Source of the DNA: Spirochaetia bacterium
GTDB lineage: Bacteria > Spirochaetota > Spirochaetia > DAHUYW01
Assembly (NCBI GenBank): GCA_030041455.1
Contig: JASHNV010000119.1
Span: forward strand, 96,443 to 160,442
Length of the DNA: 64,000 nt
Direction of reading: 5' to 3'
Shown piece by piece: positions 1-8,286 of the stretch. Below the pieces are notes generated by a model. That model was not told where the DNA came from, did no database searches, and saw nothing but the letters and a program-made list of their open reading frames with translations. Numbering within the stretch: position 1 is the first letter of the stretch; each line of letters opens with the position of its first letter. The translations under genes and the position numbers were made by a program.

Positions 1-803
1 CCGGTCCTCAAGTTGAACAGCCGGATCTGGGAAGGGGAGATATAGATGTCGTCGGAGCCCGGGAGGTAGCTGTTCTGCGGCGAGCGCAGGAAGCCGTAGC
101 CGTCCGGCAGGATCTCAAGGGAGCCGTAGGCGTGGATGATGCCGCCGGTCTGGGTGTGCGCCTTGAGAATCGCGAAGATGATGTCCTGCTTCTTCATGGA
201 GATCAGCGACTCCTGGCTGATCCCCATCTTCATGGCGAGCTCCCTGAGCGGCGGAAGGTTCATCCGCGTGAGATCGTTGATGCTGAGCTTTTCCCTCCCT
301 CCGGTCGGCTCGGGCCTCGTCCGTCGAAAGGGCTTCGGCCTCGTGTCGTGATCGTGGCGGAACTCGCCCTCCCCCTCGTCGATCGCCTCCTCGCCGTCGG
401 GCTCTCCCTCCGCCTCGGCCAACATCGCCTTGCCGCCGCCGAACGGACCGTCCGGCCCCTCGTCGTTGCCGACGTCCTTGATGAGCTCGACGCGAACCTT
501 TCGTCGCCTGCCGCTCTTCTTTCGACCCTCCGGGTCCATCCGCGCCTCGTCGGGAGGCTCCTCTCCGCCGGGCGCGGCCTCCGCGCGCTCGTAGGGCTCG
601 AAGGCGCGCGCGGGGCGCCGCTCTTGATCGTCGAGCAGGTCCTCCGATCCTTGGCTCCTCGGGACGTAGCCGACGTCCTCGCCGGGGTCTCCCCGGACGC
701 CGCTTCCGTTCTCGTTGTCGGGTTGATAGGGAAAATGGGCGCCGCCGCTGGACTCGGAATCCGGCCGGTCCTCTCGGGGCTGCTTTTTGCGGATTATCGC
801 CAT
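1..803 (-). CDS. rho: Transcription termination factor Rho, N-terminal part (runs off the left edge)
   Basis: Manual translation from ATG 803 (MAIIRKKQ...): about 170 aa charged extension, then KLSINDL...LRELA...[11 protein letters not shown] and [42 protein letters not shown], the Rho RNA-binding domain. Not listed in the ORF track. Confidence 0.97.
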   Translation of the reverse strand, partial: MAIIRKKQPREDRPDSESSGGAHFPYQPDNENGSGVRGDPGEDVGYVPRSQGSEDLLDDQERRPARAFEPYERAEAAPGGEEPPDEARMDPEGRKKSGRRRKVRVELIKDVGNDEGPDGPFGGGKAMLAEAEGEPDGEEAIDEGEGEFRHDHDTRPKPFRRTRPEPTGGREKLSINDLTRMNLPPLRELAMKMGISQESLISMKKQDIIFAILKAHTQTGGIIHAYGSLEILPDGYGFLRSPQNSYLPGSDDIYISPSQIRLFNLRT

Positions 804-994
804 GAAGAATCTCCAATCATTTTAGGCCTGTCCTGAAGGCCGCTGTTTGTTTCCCAAGGTATTTTGCATCGTCAATTTCGTATTGAAGACCGTCTCAAGA
901 ATTGCACGTCTATTTCAAACAGATTCGAAGTGTCCCGTTCTTGGTCAGGAAGCAGGTGGAGGAAAACCCTGTGCGATACAAGTGCCGTTGTGCG

Positions 995-2266
995 CTAACT
1001 ATATTCCCAGTTCGCCTTGTTGTCAACATCCCCTCCCCGTAGGAGCGCGTCGGTCACGAGCGTCGCGGCGACCGCCGAGCGCCTTCTCACCATATCGCGC
1101 GACCCGGCAAAACGGAAGCCCCGCTCGTAGCCCTCGCGGCCGCGCCGGCCGACCGCGATCCACACCGTTCCGACGGGCTTCTCCGGGCTCCCGCCTCCCG
1201 GTCCGGCGATGCCGGTCACGGCGTAGCTCACGTCGGCGCCTGAGCGATCGAGGGCGCATTGCGCCATCGAGGCGGCGGTCTCCCGGGAGACCGCCCCGTA
1301 GCGGTCTAGTATATCCCGCGGAACGCCGAGCTGCCGCACCTTCGCGTCGTTGGAGTACACGACAAAGGCGCCCCACACGGAATCCGACGCGCCCGGGATA
1401 TCGGTGAGAAGCTTCGCGCCGAGACCCCCGGTGCACGACTCGGCGAGCGCGATCGTCATGCGCCGAGCGCGCAGGGCGTCGAGGAGGAGCCGTTCCGCCT
1501 CCACCTCCCCGTCGCGGATGCGCAGGGGCCCGAGCCGCTCCCGCACCCGGCGGAGCATCTCCGTTCGCTCGAAGTCCTGCCCTCCGCGGAGCGTGAAGGC
1601 GACCTTGAGGTGCTCCGCCCTCGTGCTCCAGGCCACCTCGCCGAGGCGCGCCTCGGCGAGCTTCTCCTCGAGCGTCGATTCGGCGACGAGGAAGCTCGTC
1701 GCGGCGAGCGTGGCGGGCTCCGCCGAGCCGAGCTCGCGCCTCAAGAGCGGCATGACGAGCTCCGTCGCCATGGGACGGAGCTCCCCGGGCGGCCCGGGAA
1801 GCGCGACGACGATCGCTCTCGCCCCCGCGACCGAGAGCCGTCCCCAGAAGCCGGGCGCCGTTCCGCGCGGGTTCGCGATGACCTCGAAGCCTTCCGGTAT
1901 GTAGGCCTGCCGGCGGTTGGTCTCCGACGGGCTCCCCGGCGCGAAGCGCTCCACGATGAGCCGCCACAGCTCCTCGCGGTAGCGCAGCTCCACGCCGGCC
2001 GCCTCCGCGACGACCTCCCGAGAGAGGTCGTCGGAGGTCGGGCCGAGGCCGCCCGAAACGACCACGACCTGCGCGCGCTCGGCGAGGCGCTTGAGCTCCT
2101 CGACGAACAGCCGCCGATCGTCGGGGATGAGGACGATCTCCCGGACCAGGATGCCGCTCTCGCCGAGGAGCCCGGCGAGGAACCGGCCGTGGCTGTCCTG
2201 CGTGACTCCCTCGGTGAGCTCGGTCCCCACCGCGAGGATCGCCGCCCGGATCTCCCGCTCAGGCAC
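995..2266 (-). CDS. cinA: CinA-family protein (MoCF-like domain plus PncC nicotinamide-nucleotide amidohydrolase)
   Basis: GTEL..G...D, SGGLGPTSDD, LPGPPGE, AESCTGG, AVTGIAGPGGGS.EKPVGTV motifs. Confidence 0.93.
   Translation of the reverse strand: MPEREIRAAILAVGTELTEGVTQDSHGRFLAGLLGESGILVREIVLIPDDRRLFVEELKRLAERAQVVVVSGGLGPTSDDLSREVVAEAAGVELRYREELWRLIVERFAPGSPSETNRRQAYIPEGFEVIANPRGTAPGFWGRLSVAGARAIVVALPGPPGELRPMATELVMPLLRRELGSAEPATLAATSFLVAESTLEEKLAEARLGEVAWSTRAEHLKVAFTLRGGQDFERTEMLRRVRERLGPLRIRDGEVEAERLLLDALRARRMTIALAESCTGGLGAKLLTDIPGASDSVWGAFVVYSNDAKVRQLGVPRDILDRYGAVSRETAASMAQCALDRSGADVSYAVTGIAGPGGGSPEKPVGTVWIAVGRRGREGYERGFRFAGSRDMVRRRSAVAATLVTDALLRGGDVDNKANWEYS
998..1026 (-). promoter_or_regulatory. 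sigma70 promoter for rho, embedded in the last codons of cinA
   Basis: TTGACA(1026-1021)-N17-TATAGT(1003-998). Confidence 0.75.
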
Positions 2267-2672
2267 CGCTCAACGTCGACTTCAATCGCTCGGCGCTTCC
2301 TGAGAAGATATCGATCGCCTCGGGATCGCGAATCATCTCGCACTTTCCCTCGAAAACGACGCCGTCGGCGATGCGAAGCTTCGCGGTCTTCACGTTTCCG
2401 TAGACCTTGCCGGTTGCGAGCATCTCGACTTTCTCGCTCGCCTCGATGTTACCCTCGACGATCCCGCCGACGACGACCGATTTCACCCGGATGTTCGCCT
2501 TGACGACCGCCCCGTCCTCGATGAAGAGCGCCCCCGCCGAGGTGATCTCGCCTTCGAAGCTGCCGTCGATCTTCAACGCCTTCGAGAAGCGCATGATTCC
2601 CTTGAACGCGGTCTCCTTTCCGAGCGTCGTGGAGATCTTTTCGACCGGTCGTATTTCCGAAGCTTTTGCCAT
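2259..2672 (-). CDS. Bactofilin (polymer-forming cytoskeletal protein)
   Basis: TTLGKETAFKG...LKIDGSFEGEI...VEGNI..SEKVEM..TGKVYGNV...L.IADGVVFEG.C beta-helix repeats. Confidence 0.9.
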   Translation of the reverse strand: MAKASEIRPVEKISTTLGKETAFKGIMRFSKALKIDGSFEGEITSAGALFIEDGAVVKANIRVKSVVVGGIVEGNIEASEKVEMLATGKVYGNVKTAKLRIADGVVFEGKCEMIRDPEAIDIFSGSAERLKSTLSGA

Positions 2673-2702
2673 TCCACGACTCGCGTTGCGCTCTCGGCGC
2701 CG

Positions 2703-2924
2703 TCACTTCGACGTCATGACGAACACGCCGTCCCAGTCATCGGGAGGCGGATTCTCGACGTAGTGAGCGCAACGCGAAAAGTACACCTGCGACGGTCCAT
2801 CGCTCGGGTCGATTTTCAACGCCTCGGCGAAGCAGGCTTGCGCGTCGCGGAACTCCATGAGCTTGTAGCGCCTCCGGCCCTCGGCGAAGCGCTCGAGCAC
2901 CCTCTTTTTCGCGTCGCTGATCAC
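2703..2924 (-). CDS. 73-aa stand-alone TPR-like protein resembling the C-terminal tail of adenylate/guanylate cyclases
   Basis: GTG start overlaps upstream TGA (GTGA); F.EA..CF..AL..DP.DGPS.VY..RC......PP.DWDGVF.MT.K; tail of ORF 2703..3470. Confidence 0.75.
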   Translation of the reverse strand: MISDAKKRVLERFAEGRRRYKLMEFRDAQACFAEALKIDPSDGPSQVYFSRCAHYVENPPPDDWDGVFVMTSK

Positions 2925-3658
2925 GATCGCACCTCGCTCCCGTCGGGCTCGCCGGAGGAGAGCAGCTCGAGGTGCTTGCGGAACTTCAGCTCGAGATCGG
3001 CGAGATCGATTCCGGCCGACTCGCCGTAGGCGCCGGCGCTCTCGATCTCCGCGATCTCGTCCTCGAGCCCCATGAGCGCCGCCACCGCCTCGTCGAAATA
3101 GTTGATGACCTGATCGACGAACCGCCGGACCTCGCTCCGGTCGCTCTGGTCGAGCCCCTTGGCGCGTCCGAGGATGTCCTCCACGGGCGGTTTCAGGTGG
3201 CGGGCGAAATAGATGAGCGACTTGTTCATGGACTCGATCATCGTGATGCGGCGCTCCTTCAGCGCCACCGCACGGGCGAGCTCCCTGCCGCGGAGCACCG
3301 CGCGGATGCGAGCGAGAACCTCCGAGAAATTGAACGGCTTCGGTATGTAGTCTTCGACGCCGAGCTCGTAGCCCTCGATCTTGTCCTGCACGTCCCCGGT
3401 GGCCGAAAGCATGATGATCGGGATGTCGCGGAGCTCCTCGTCGAGCTTCACGAGCCGCGTGACCTTCCAACCCGAGAGCTTCGGCATGATCGTGTCGAGA
3501 ATGATGAGGTCGGGCCGGGACTCCCTCAGCCGCTCGAGCGCCTCCTCGCCGTCGCGGGCGAGCGCGACGTCGAATCCGAGCCTGCCGAGCATGACGTCGA
3601 AAAACTCGAGGTTGATGGCTTCGTCGTCGGCGATCAGGATTTTCGTCTTTTTTGCCAT
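2921..3658 (-). CDS. Orphan response regulator (REC domain plus helical DHp-like C-terminus)
   Basis: ATG 3658; KILIADDE, PDLIILDTIMPKLSG, PIIMLSA, DYIPKPF; tail of ORF 2921..5227. Confidence 0.9.
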   Translation of the reverse strand: MAKKTKILIADDEAINLEFFDVMLGRLGFDVALARDGEEALERLRESRPDLIILDTIMPKLSGWKVTRLVKLDEELRDIPIIMLSATGDVQDKIEGYELGVEDYIPKPFNFSEVLARIRAVLRGRELARAVALKERRITMIESMNKSLIYFARHLKPPVEDILGRAKGLDQSDRSEVRRFVDQVINYFDEAVAALMGLEDEIAEIESAGAYGESAGIDLADLELKFRKHLELLSSGEPDGSEVRS

Positions 3659-3723
3659 GGACCTATCGCGCGCGCGGGCTCTTCGCGCGCCGGGAACAAT
3701 TTTCCTACAGTTGTCGGCTCGTG

Positions 3724-5373
3724 TCAACCGGCCCGGCGCGAGGCGGCCGTCGCCGTCCGGACGATCCGCGCGGCGGCGAATCCCGAAAGAAGCGCGAGGG
3801 CGAGTGCGAGCATCCCGACGGCGAACCAGTCGCCGTAGCGGGTGTAGAGGGTCGTCGTGCCGGTGTAGACCGGAACGCTCTTCACGAGATACCCCTCGAC
3901 GAACGGCTTGATCATGGACGTGATGCGGCCGTTCGGATCGATCGTGCAGGTCATGCCGCCGTTGGTGCTGCGCACCATCGTCCGCCGGTTCTCGACCGCC
4001 CTGAACAACGACATGCTCATGTGCTGCATCTCGGCGGTCACCGACTGAGACCACCAGTCGTTCGTCATGTTGACGATGACCTGCGCTCCCCGGCGCACGA
4101 AATTGCGCGAAAGGTAGCCGAAGACGTCCTCGAAGCAGATAGGGGTCGAGAACTTCACTCCGTCGGCCTCGAACACCGTGTAGCGCGTGCCTTCCTTCCA
4201 GAAATGCGTGTCGGCGTTCGCGAGCATCTGGTAGATGCCCGGGAAGATGGCGCGGTAGGGGAAGTACTCCGTGAAGGGCACGAGGTGGAGCTTCCGGTAG
4301 GTCTGGACGAGCGCGCCGTTCACGAAGAGGAGCGTCGCGTTGTAATCGATCCGCTTCAGGGTCTCGGTCGAGGCGGGGTCCCGCTCGCCGTCGTCGTTGC
4401 CGACGACGTAGGGGACTCTTTGACTGGACAGGAACGCGCGGAGGTCCTTCACGAGCCGGTAACTCTCGTCGTCGGTACGATACCGCGTATGCCAGTCGAT
4501 CGCCGGTACGAACGAGGTCTCCGACCAGACGACGATGTCGGGATGCTTCGCGAGGGAGAGGCGACTCTCGCGCTCGAGGATGTCGAGCGAGCTCCGATAG
4601 GTGCGAAGGCCCCCGCGCCACGGATCGACGTCCTGCTGGATGAGCGCGACCCTCCAGCTCCGCGACGAGGCGTAGCTCACCGGCGAGAGGAAGCCGTAGA
4701 CGAGCACGGCGGCGAAAAGGAGCCCGTAGAGCGCCGAATCGAGCGCGTGGGAGCGCAAGAACGCCGAGGCGCCCGCGCGCCCTTCCTGGAACAGGCGGCC
4801 GAGGAAAAACGAGGGGAGCGCGACCATGAAGGAGACTCCCCACTCTCCGGTGAGCGAGGCGATCTGAATGAAGGGCGTGAAGAGGTACTGCGAATAGCCG
4901 ATGTTCCCGTAGGGATAGCCGAGAAAGCCGAGGGTCTTCAGGTACTCGTAGGCGACCCAGATCACGGTCTGCAGGAGGTAGCCGTAGCGCGGGAGGAGGA
5001 GATCGGCGAGCTTGAGCACCGGGAAAAGAGCGAGGAAATAGACCGAGTAGATCGCCGGCACGATGACGATCGCGAGGGGATGGAACTTCGCGAGCCAGTA
5101 GTTGAACAGGACGTAGCTCGCGAGACCGTAGAGGAATCCGTAGAGGAAGATCTTGACCCATCCGCTGCGATGAATGACCGGGACGATCGGGGCGAGGCAC
5201 ACGAAGCCGAGCGGGAAAAAGCCCCACGAGTCGAGGAAGTTGGGAAACGCGAGCGCAAAAAGCAGCGACGAGCAGAGGAGGAGCGCTATCTCGAAGAGGA
5301 TCCGTCGGACTTTCGATTCGACCGCTCTCTCGGGCTGCTGAAGGCGTTTTTTTATTTTTCTCGCAGGGGCCAT
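3724..5373 (-). CDS. lnt: Apolipoprotein N-acyltransferase
   Basis: Multi-TM N-terminus; nitrilase triad E (WSETS), K (YRKLHLVPFTEY), C (PICFED); NMTND.W, RAVEN. Exact start uncertain. Confidence 0.95.
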   Translation of the reverse strand: MAPARKIKKRLQQPERAVESKVRRILFEIALLLCSSLLFALAFPNFLDSWGFFPLGFVCLAPIVPVIHRSGWVKIFLYGFLYGLASYVLFNYWLAKFHPLAIVIVPAIYSVYFLALFPVLKLADLLLPRYGYLLQTVIWVAYEYLKTLGFLGYPYGNIGYSQYLFTPFIQIASLTGEWGVSFMVALPSFFLGRLFQEGRAGASAFLRSHALDSALYGLLFAAVLVYGFLSPVSYASSRSWRVALIQQDVDPWRGGLRTYRSSLDILERESRLSLAKHPDIVVWSETSFVPAIDWHTRYRTDDESYRLVKDLRAFLSSQRVPYVVGNDDGERDPASTETLKRIDYNATLLFVNGALVQTYRKLHLVPFTEYFPYRAIFPGIYQMLANADTHFWKEGTRYTVFEADGVKFSTPICFEDVFGYLSRNFVRRGAQVIVNMTNDWWSQSVTAEMQHMSMSLFRAVENRRTMVRSTNGGMTCTIDPNGRITSMIKPFVEGYLVKSVPVYTGTTTLYTRYGDWFAVGMLALALALLSGFAAARIVRTATAASRRAG

Positions 5374-5657
5374 GCTAGCAGCTTGAGCTCTTTGCCGGGC
5401 CGAAAGACCGCCACGCCGTGGGCGTTCACCGGAACGATCTCGCCGGTCTTCGGGTTCCTCGCCCGGTCGCGCCCCTTTCGGGTGCGGATCTCGAACGTAC
5501 CGAATCCGCGCAGCTCCACGATCTTGTCGTGCTGGAGCGCGGCCTTCAGCTCCTCGAAAAACTCGTCGACGACGCTGTGAATGTCCTTTCGGTTGATCGC
5601 GAGCTTATGGAAAATCCGCTCGATGATCTCAGCCTTCGTAAGTTTGCCGTTATCCAC
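5352..5657 (-). CDS. hup: HU/IHF-family DNA-binding protein (Hbb-like)
   Basis: LTKAEII...VELRGFGTFEIR...ARNPKTGE...FRPGKELK; GTG start. Confidence 0.93.
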   Translation of the reverse strand: MDNGKLTKAEIIERIFHKLAINRKDIHSVVDEFFEELKAALQHDKIVELRGFGTFEIRTRKGRDRARNPKTGEIVPVNAHGVAVFRPGKELKLLAWPLREK

Positions 5658-5707
5658 TCACGTGTCCTCGCATTGCCCGCGCTCGGGCGGAGCCTGGAAG
5701 CTCTCGC

Positions 5708-5983
5708 CTACTCGCGCGGGGCGGTCATCGAGTTGAACAGGGTATGCAAACGGGACTTTTTTCGCGCCGCGGTGTTCTTGGCGAACACGCCCTTGTTTGC
5801 GGCGGAGTCGATGAGCTTGAGGACGAGCGCGAGGTGAGACTCGGCGGCTTTGCGGTCGTTGCCCTGGACGGCGGCGAGAAGCTGCTTGCGTACGGTCTTC
5901 ACGCGGCTTTCAGTCATGCGATTGCGAAGGCGCCGCGCCTCGCTCTGTCGGTGGCGTTTTGACGCCGAACTGTTTTCTGGCAA
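5708..5983 (-). CDS. rpsT: 30S ribosomal protein S20
   Basis: SASKRHRQSEARRLRN...KNTAARKKSRL; TTG start with GGAGG SD. Confidence 0.95.
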   Translation of the reverse strand: MPENSSASKRHRQSEARRLRNRMTESRVKTVRKQLLAAVQGNDRKAAESHLALVLKLIDSAANKGVFAKNTAARKKSRLHTLFNSMTAPRE

Positions 5984-6029
5984 GAGTCTACCTCCAGCTG
6001 TTCTTGATCGCTACCGGGAGCTTCGGGGA

Positions 6030-6058
6030 AAGCTATCAAATAATTCTTTTCCTGTCAA
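6030..6058 (-). promoter_or_regulatory. sigma70 promoter (extended -10) for the rpsT-hup-lnt operon
   Basis: TTGACA-N17-TAGCTT, with TGn immediately before the -10. Confidence 0.75.
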
Positions 6059-6155
6059 CGCTTAAAGCGCGCGGCCAGCGCGCGGCGCCTCATTCGGACG
6101 CTCTCCTTTTCTTTTTCCCCGCGAGCCTGTACCATGCAGGAGGGGGCTCGCCGGG

Positions 6156-6944
6156 GTGAGAACGATCGCGCTCTTGATCACGCTGCTCGCGCTGTTCGCG
6201 TATTGGGACCTCGCCGTGCGGCTCATCGTCTTGGTCGGCCCGGGCTCGGCGGGGGACCGCCTCGACCGGTTGGTCCGGCAGGTGAGCCGGATGATCTTCG
6301 CGCTCGCGCGCATGTTCGTTCGCCTCTCGATCGAGAAGGAGCGCTCGCCGGGAACGGCGCTTCCGGAGCGCTTTCTCCTCGTCGCCAATCATCAGAGCCT
6401 CATCGACATTCCGGTCCTGATCCGCGCGTTCGAGGCCCGCCGCCTGCGCTTCGTCGGCAAGCGCGAGCTCTTTCGGGGGATCCTTCTCGTTTCGCCGGTT
6501 TTCCGGGCCCTTCGCCACGGCTGCATCGACCGCCACGCCGACTTCGGCGACGCGATCGGGGAGCTCAGGCGCCTCGCGACCCGCTCGCGACGGGAGGGCA
6601 CGAGCCTCGCGGTCTTTCCCGAGGGGACCCGCTCGCGGGACGGAAGCGTGGGGCCCTTCTACTCAGGCGCGGTGAAGGCGCTCCTTCGCGTCGAGCCGCT
6701 GCCGGTGGTCGCGGTCGCGATGGACGGCGGCTACCGCGCCTCGCGACTCCACGAGCTTTTCACCTCGCTCGAGGGCCTCGCCTACCGCGTGAAAATCCTC
6801 GCGGTCTACGAGGCGCCCGGGGGAAAGGCGGAGATCCAGCGCGTGCTCGACGACTCGCGCGCACGGATCGAGGCGCAGGTGGAACGCTGGCGCTCGATCG
6901 ACGCCGCTCCGGGGCGCCCGATTGCGCGGCCCCTCGCCACATAA
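6156..6944 (+). CDS. plsC: 1-acyl-sn-glycerol-3-phosphate acyltransferase
   Basis: NHQSLID, FVGKREL, FPEGTRS acyltransferase motifs. Confidence 0.88.
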   Translation: MRTIALLITLLALFAYWDLAVRLIVLVGPGSAGDRLDRLVRQVSRMIFALARMFVRLSIEKERSPGTALPERFLLVANHQSLIDIPVLIRAFEARRLRFVGKRELFRGILLVSPVFRALRHGCIDRHADFGDAIGELRRLATRSRREGTSLAVFPEGTRSRDGSVGPFYSGAVKALLRVEPLPVVAVAMDGGYRASRLHELFTSLEGLAYRVKILAVYEAPGGKAEIQRVLDDSRARIEAQVERWRSIDAAPGRPIARPLAT

Positions 6945-6972
6945 AAAAAGCCGTTCCCCCGGTGGGAACGGC
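6943..6972 (-). terminator. Intrinsic terminator downstream of the small zinc-ribbon gene
   Basis: 9-bp stem GCCGTTCCC/GGGAACGGC, 5-nt loop, 7 U on the minus strand. Confidence 0.85.
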
Positions 6973-6998
6973 CTCTCGTACGTTCGCCGATTTCGCGC

Positions 6999-7169
6999 CT
7001 AGGTAAAATCGCTCGGCTTTCGCTCCCGCCGATTGCATTTCTCGCATTCCGCGACGTTTCTGAGCTTTCCGCCCGAGAACACGGACCTCATTTTGATCTC
7101 GCCGCCGCACGAGCACGTGAAAACCTGGGTGTTCGAGGTGGACCGCGAGTTCTTGCTGACCTGTGCCAT
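6999..7169 (-). CDS. 56-aa hypothetical zinc-ribbon protein (CxC...CxxC)
   Basis: AGGAG SD, ATG 7169; MAQVSKNSRSTSNTQVFTCSCGGEIKMRSVFSGGKLRNVAECEKCNRRERKPSDFT; own promoter and terminator. Confidence 0.8.
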   Translation of the reverse strand: MAQVSKNSRSTSNTQVFTCSCGGEIKMRSVFSGGKLRNVAECEKCNRRERKPSDFT

Positions 7170-7217
7170 GATACACGCTCCTCTTGGCTGGCGTCGCCGC
7201 GACGCCCTTGACACGAC

Positions 7218-7247
7218 AATATACCGTCCGGGGCGCGCGATCGTCAA
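7218..7247 (-). promoter_or_regulatory. sigma70 promoter for the zinc-ribbon gene
   Basis: TTGACG-N18-TATATT; 7-bp hairpin GGCGTCG/CGACGCC (7190-7206) in the leader. Confidence 0.65.
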
Positions 7248-7273
7248 GCGCGTCGCTCCCGCGAGCAGGCGCG

Positions 7274-7756
7274 TCAGCTCATGAGATCGACGAGGAGGCC
7301 GTTGATCTCGTCGACGCGCCGCGCGATGTCGAGCTGCTCCCGCTGGCCGCTCAGGATGTCGGCGGCGAACTTCTCCAGCCGCCGATCGATGACCTTCAGG
7401 AGCGTGAAGCGCTTGCGCTTGAGGACGCTCGCGCCCGACTCCGTCTCCTCGATCCGCAGCGCGTGGCGGACGACGTAGGCGACGAAGCCGCGGACGGCCT
7501 CCTTGTAATCCTGAACGAGGGCGAGCGTCGCGTTGTCCTTGACCTTCTGGCCCGACTCGTGAACACGGTCGAGCAGGTACTCGAGGCCGTTCTCCTCGGC
7601 GAGGTCGCCGAGCGAAGTTCCGGGCGAAGCATCGCGCTTCGCGGCCGTGAATACCGACGAGAAGGCGAGCTTGCGCGCCGCCTTGCGGTCGACCTTTTTC
7701 TTGTCGCGGCTATTTTGAAGGAAACCGGCGGGCGCGAACGGGTCTATCGGTTCCAC
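7274..7756 (-). CDS. YaaR/DUF327-family protein
   Basis: GTG 7756; LLD.V..SG..V......Y..YKEAVR.F...V...R..LL.VID.RLE..A..IL..Q..L....DEI.GLLVDL. Confidence 0.8.
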   Translation of the reverse strand: MEPIDPFAPAGFLQNSRDKKKVDRKAARKLAFSSVFTAAKRDASPGTSLGDLAEENGLEYLLDRVHESGQKVKDNATLALVQDYKEAVRGFVAYVVRHALRIEETESGASVLKRKRFTLLKVIDRRLEKFAADILSGQREQLDIARRVDEINGLLVDLMS

Positions 7757-8271
7757 AGGGGCAGTCCGTCCTTGTCGGAGCCGGCCCTCTCCTGCGCGGA
7801 GCGGTCTTTGTCGAACGGCGCCTCGGCCTGCTGTCCGATGCCCTTCCGCTCGTCGTCGTCGAGATGCGACGCGATGGAGCCTGAAGGCACCACGGACTTC
7901 GCGGGCGCTTCCCCCGCTACCTCCCTGCTGATGAGGCAGCTTCCGTTGAGAACCACCCCCTCCTCGACGATCAGGCGCTGGGTGCTGATGTTCCCGATGA
8001 CCATGCCGGTCGAGAGAATGATCACCTTTTCGGTGGAGAAGATATTCCCGCGCACGACCCCGCCGACGACCACCGTCGCGGCGCGGATCGTGCACTCCGC
8101 CCTGCCGTTGCGGCCGACGAGGACCTTTCCGTCGGTCTTGATCGAGCCGAAGAAGTCGCCGTCGATGCGGAGAAGACCGGCGAGGTCGAGCTCTCCGCGG
8201 AACTTCGTGCCCTCGCCGACGATGGAGTTGATGAAGGTACCGTCGGACGCCGTAGCGTTGTGATCGCTCAT
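7744..8271 (-). CDS. Bactofilin (second paralogue)
   Basis: INSIVGEGTKFRGEL..LRIDGDFFG...VRGNI.STEKV....G.V.GNI....LIVEEGVVLNG. Confidence 0.9.
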   Translation of the reverse strand: MSDHNATASDGTFINSIVGEGTKFRGELDLAGLLRIDGDFFGSIKTDGKVLVGRNGRAECTIRAATVVVGGVVRGNIFSTEKVIILSTGMVIGNISTQRLIVEEGVVLNGSCLISREVAGEAPAKSVVPSGSIASHLDDDERKGIGQQAEAPFDKDRSAQERAGSDKDGLPLWNR

Positions 8272-8286
8272 CGGAACGCCTGCCAG

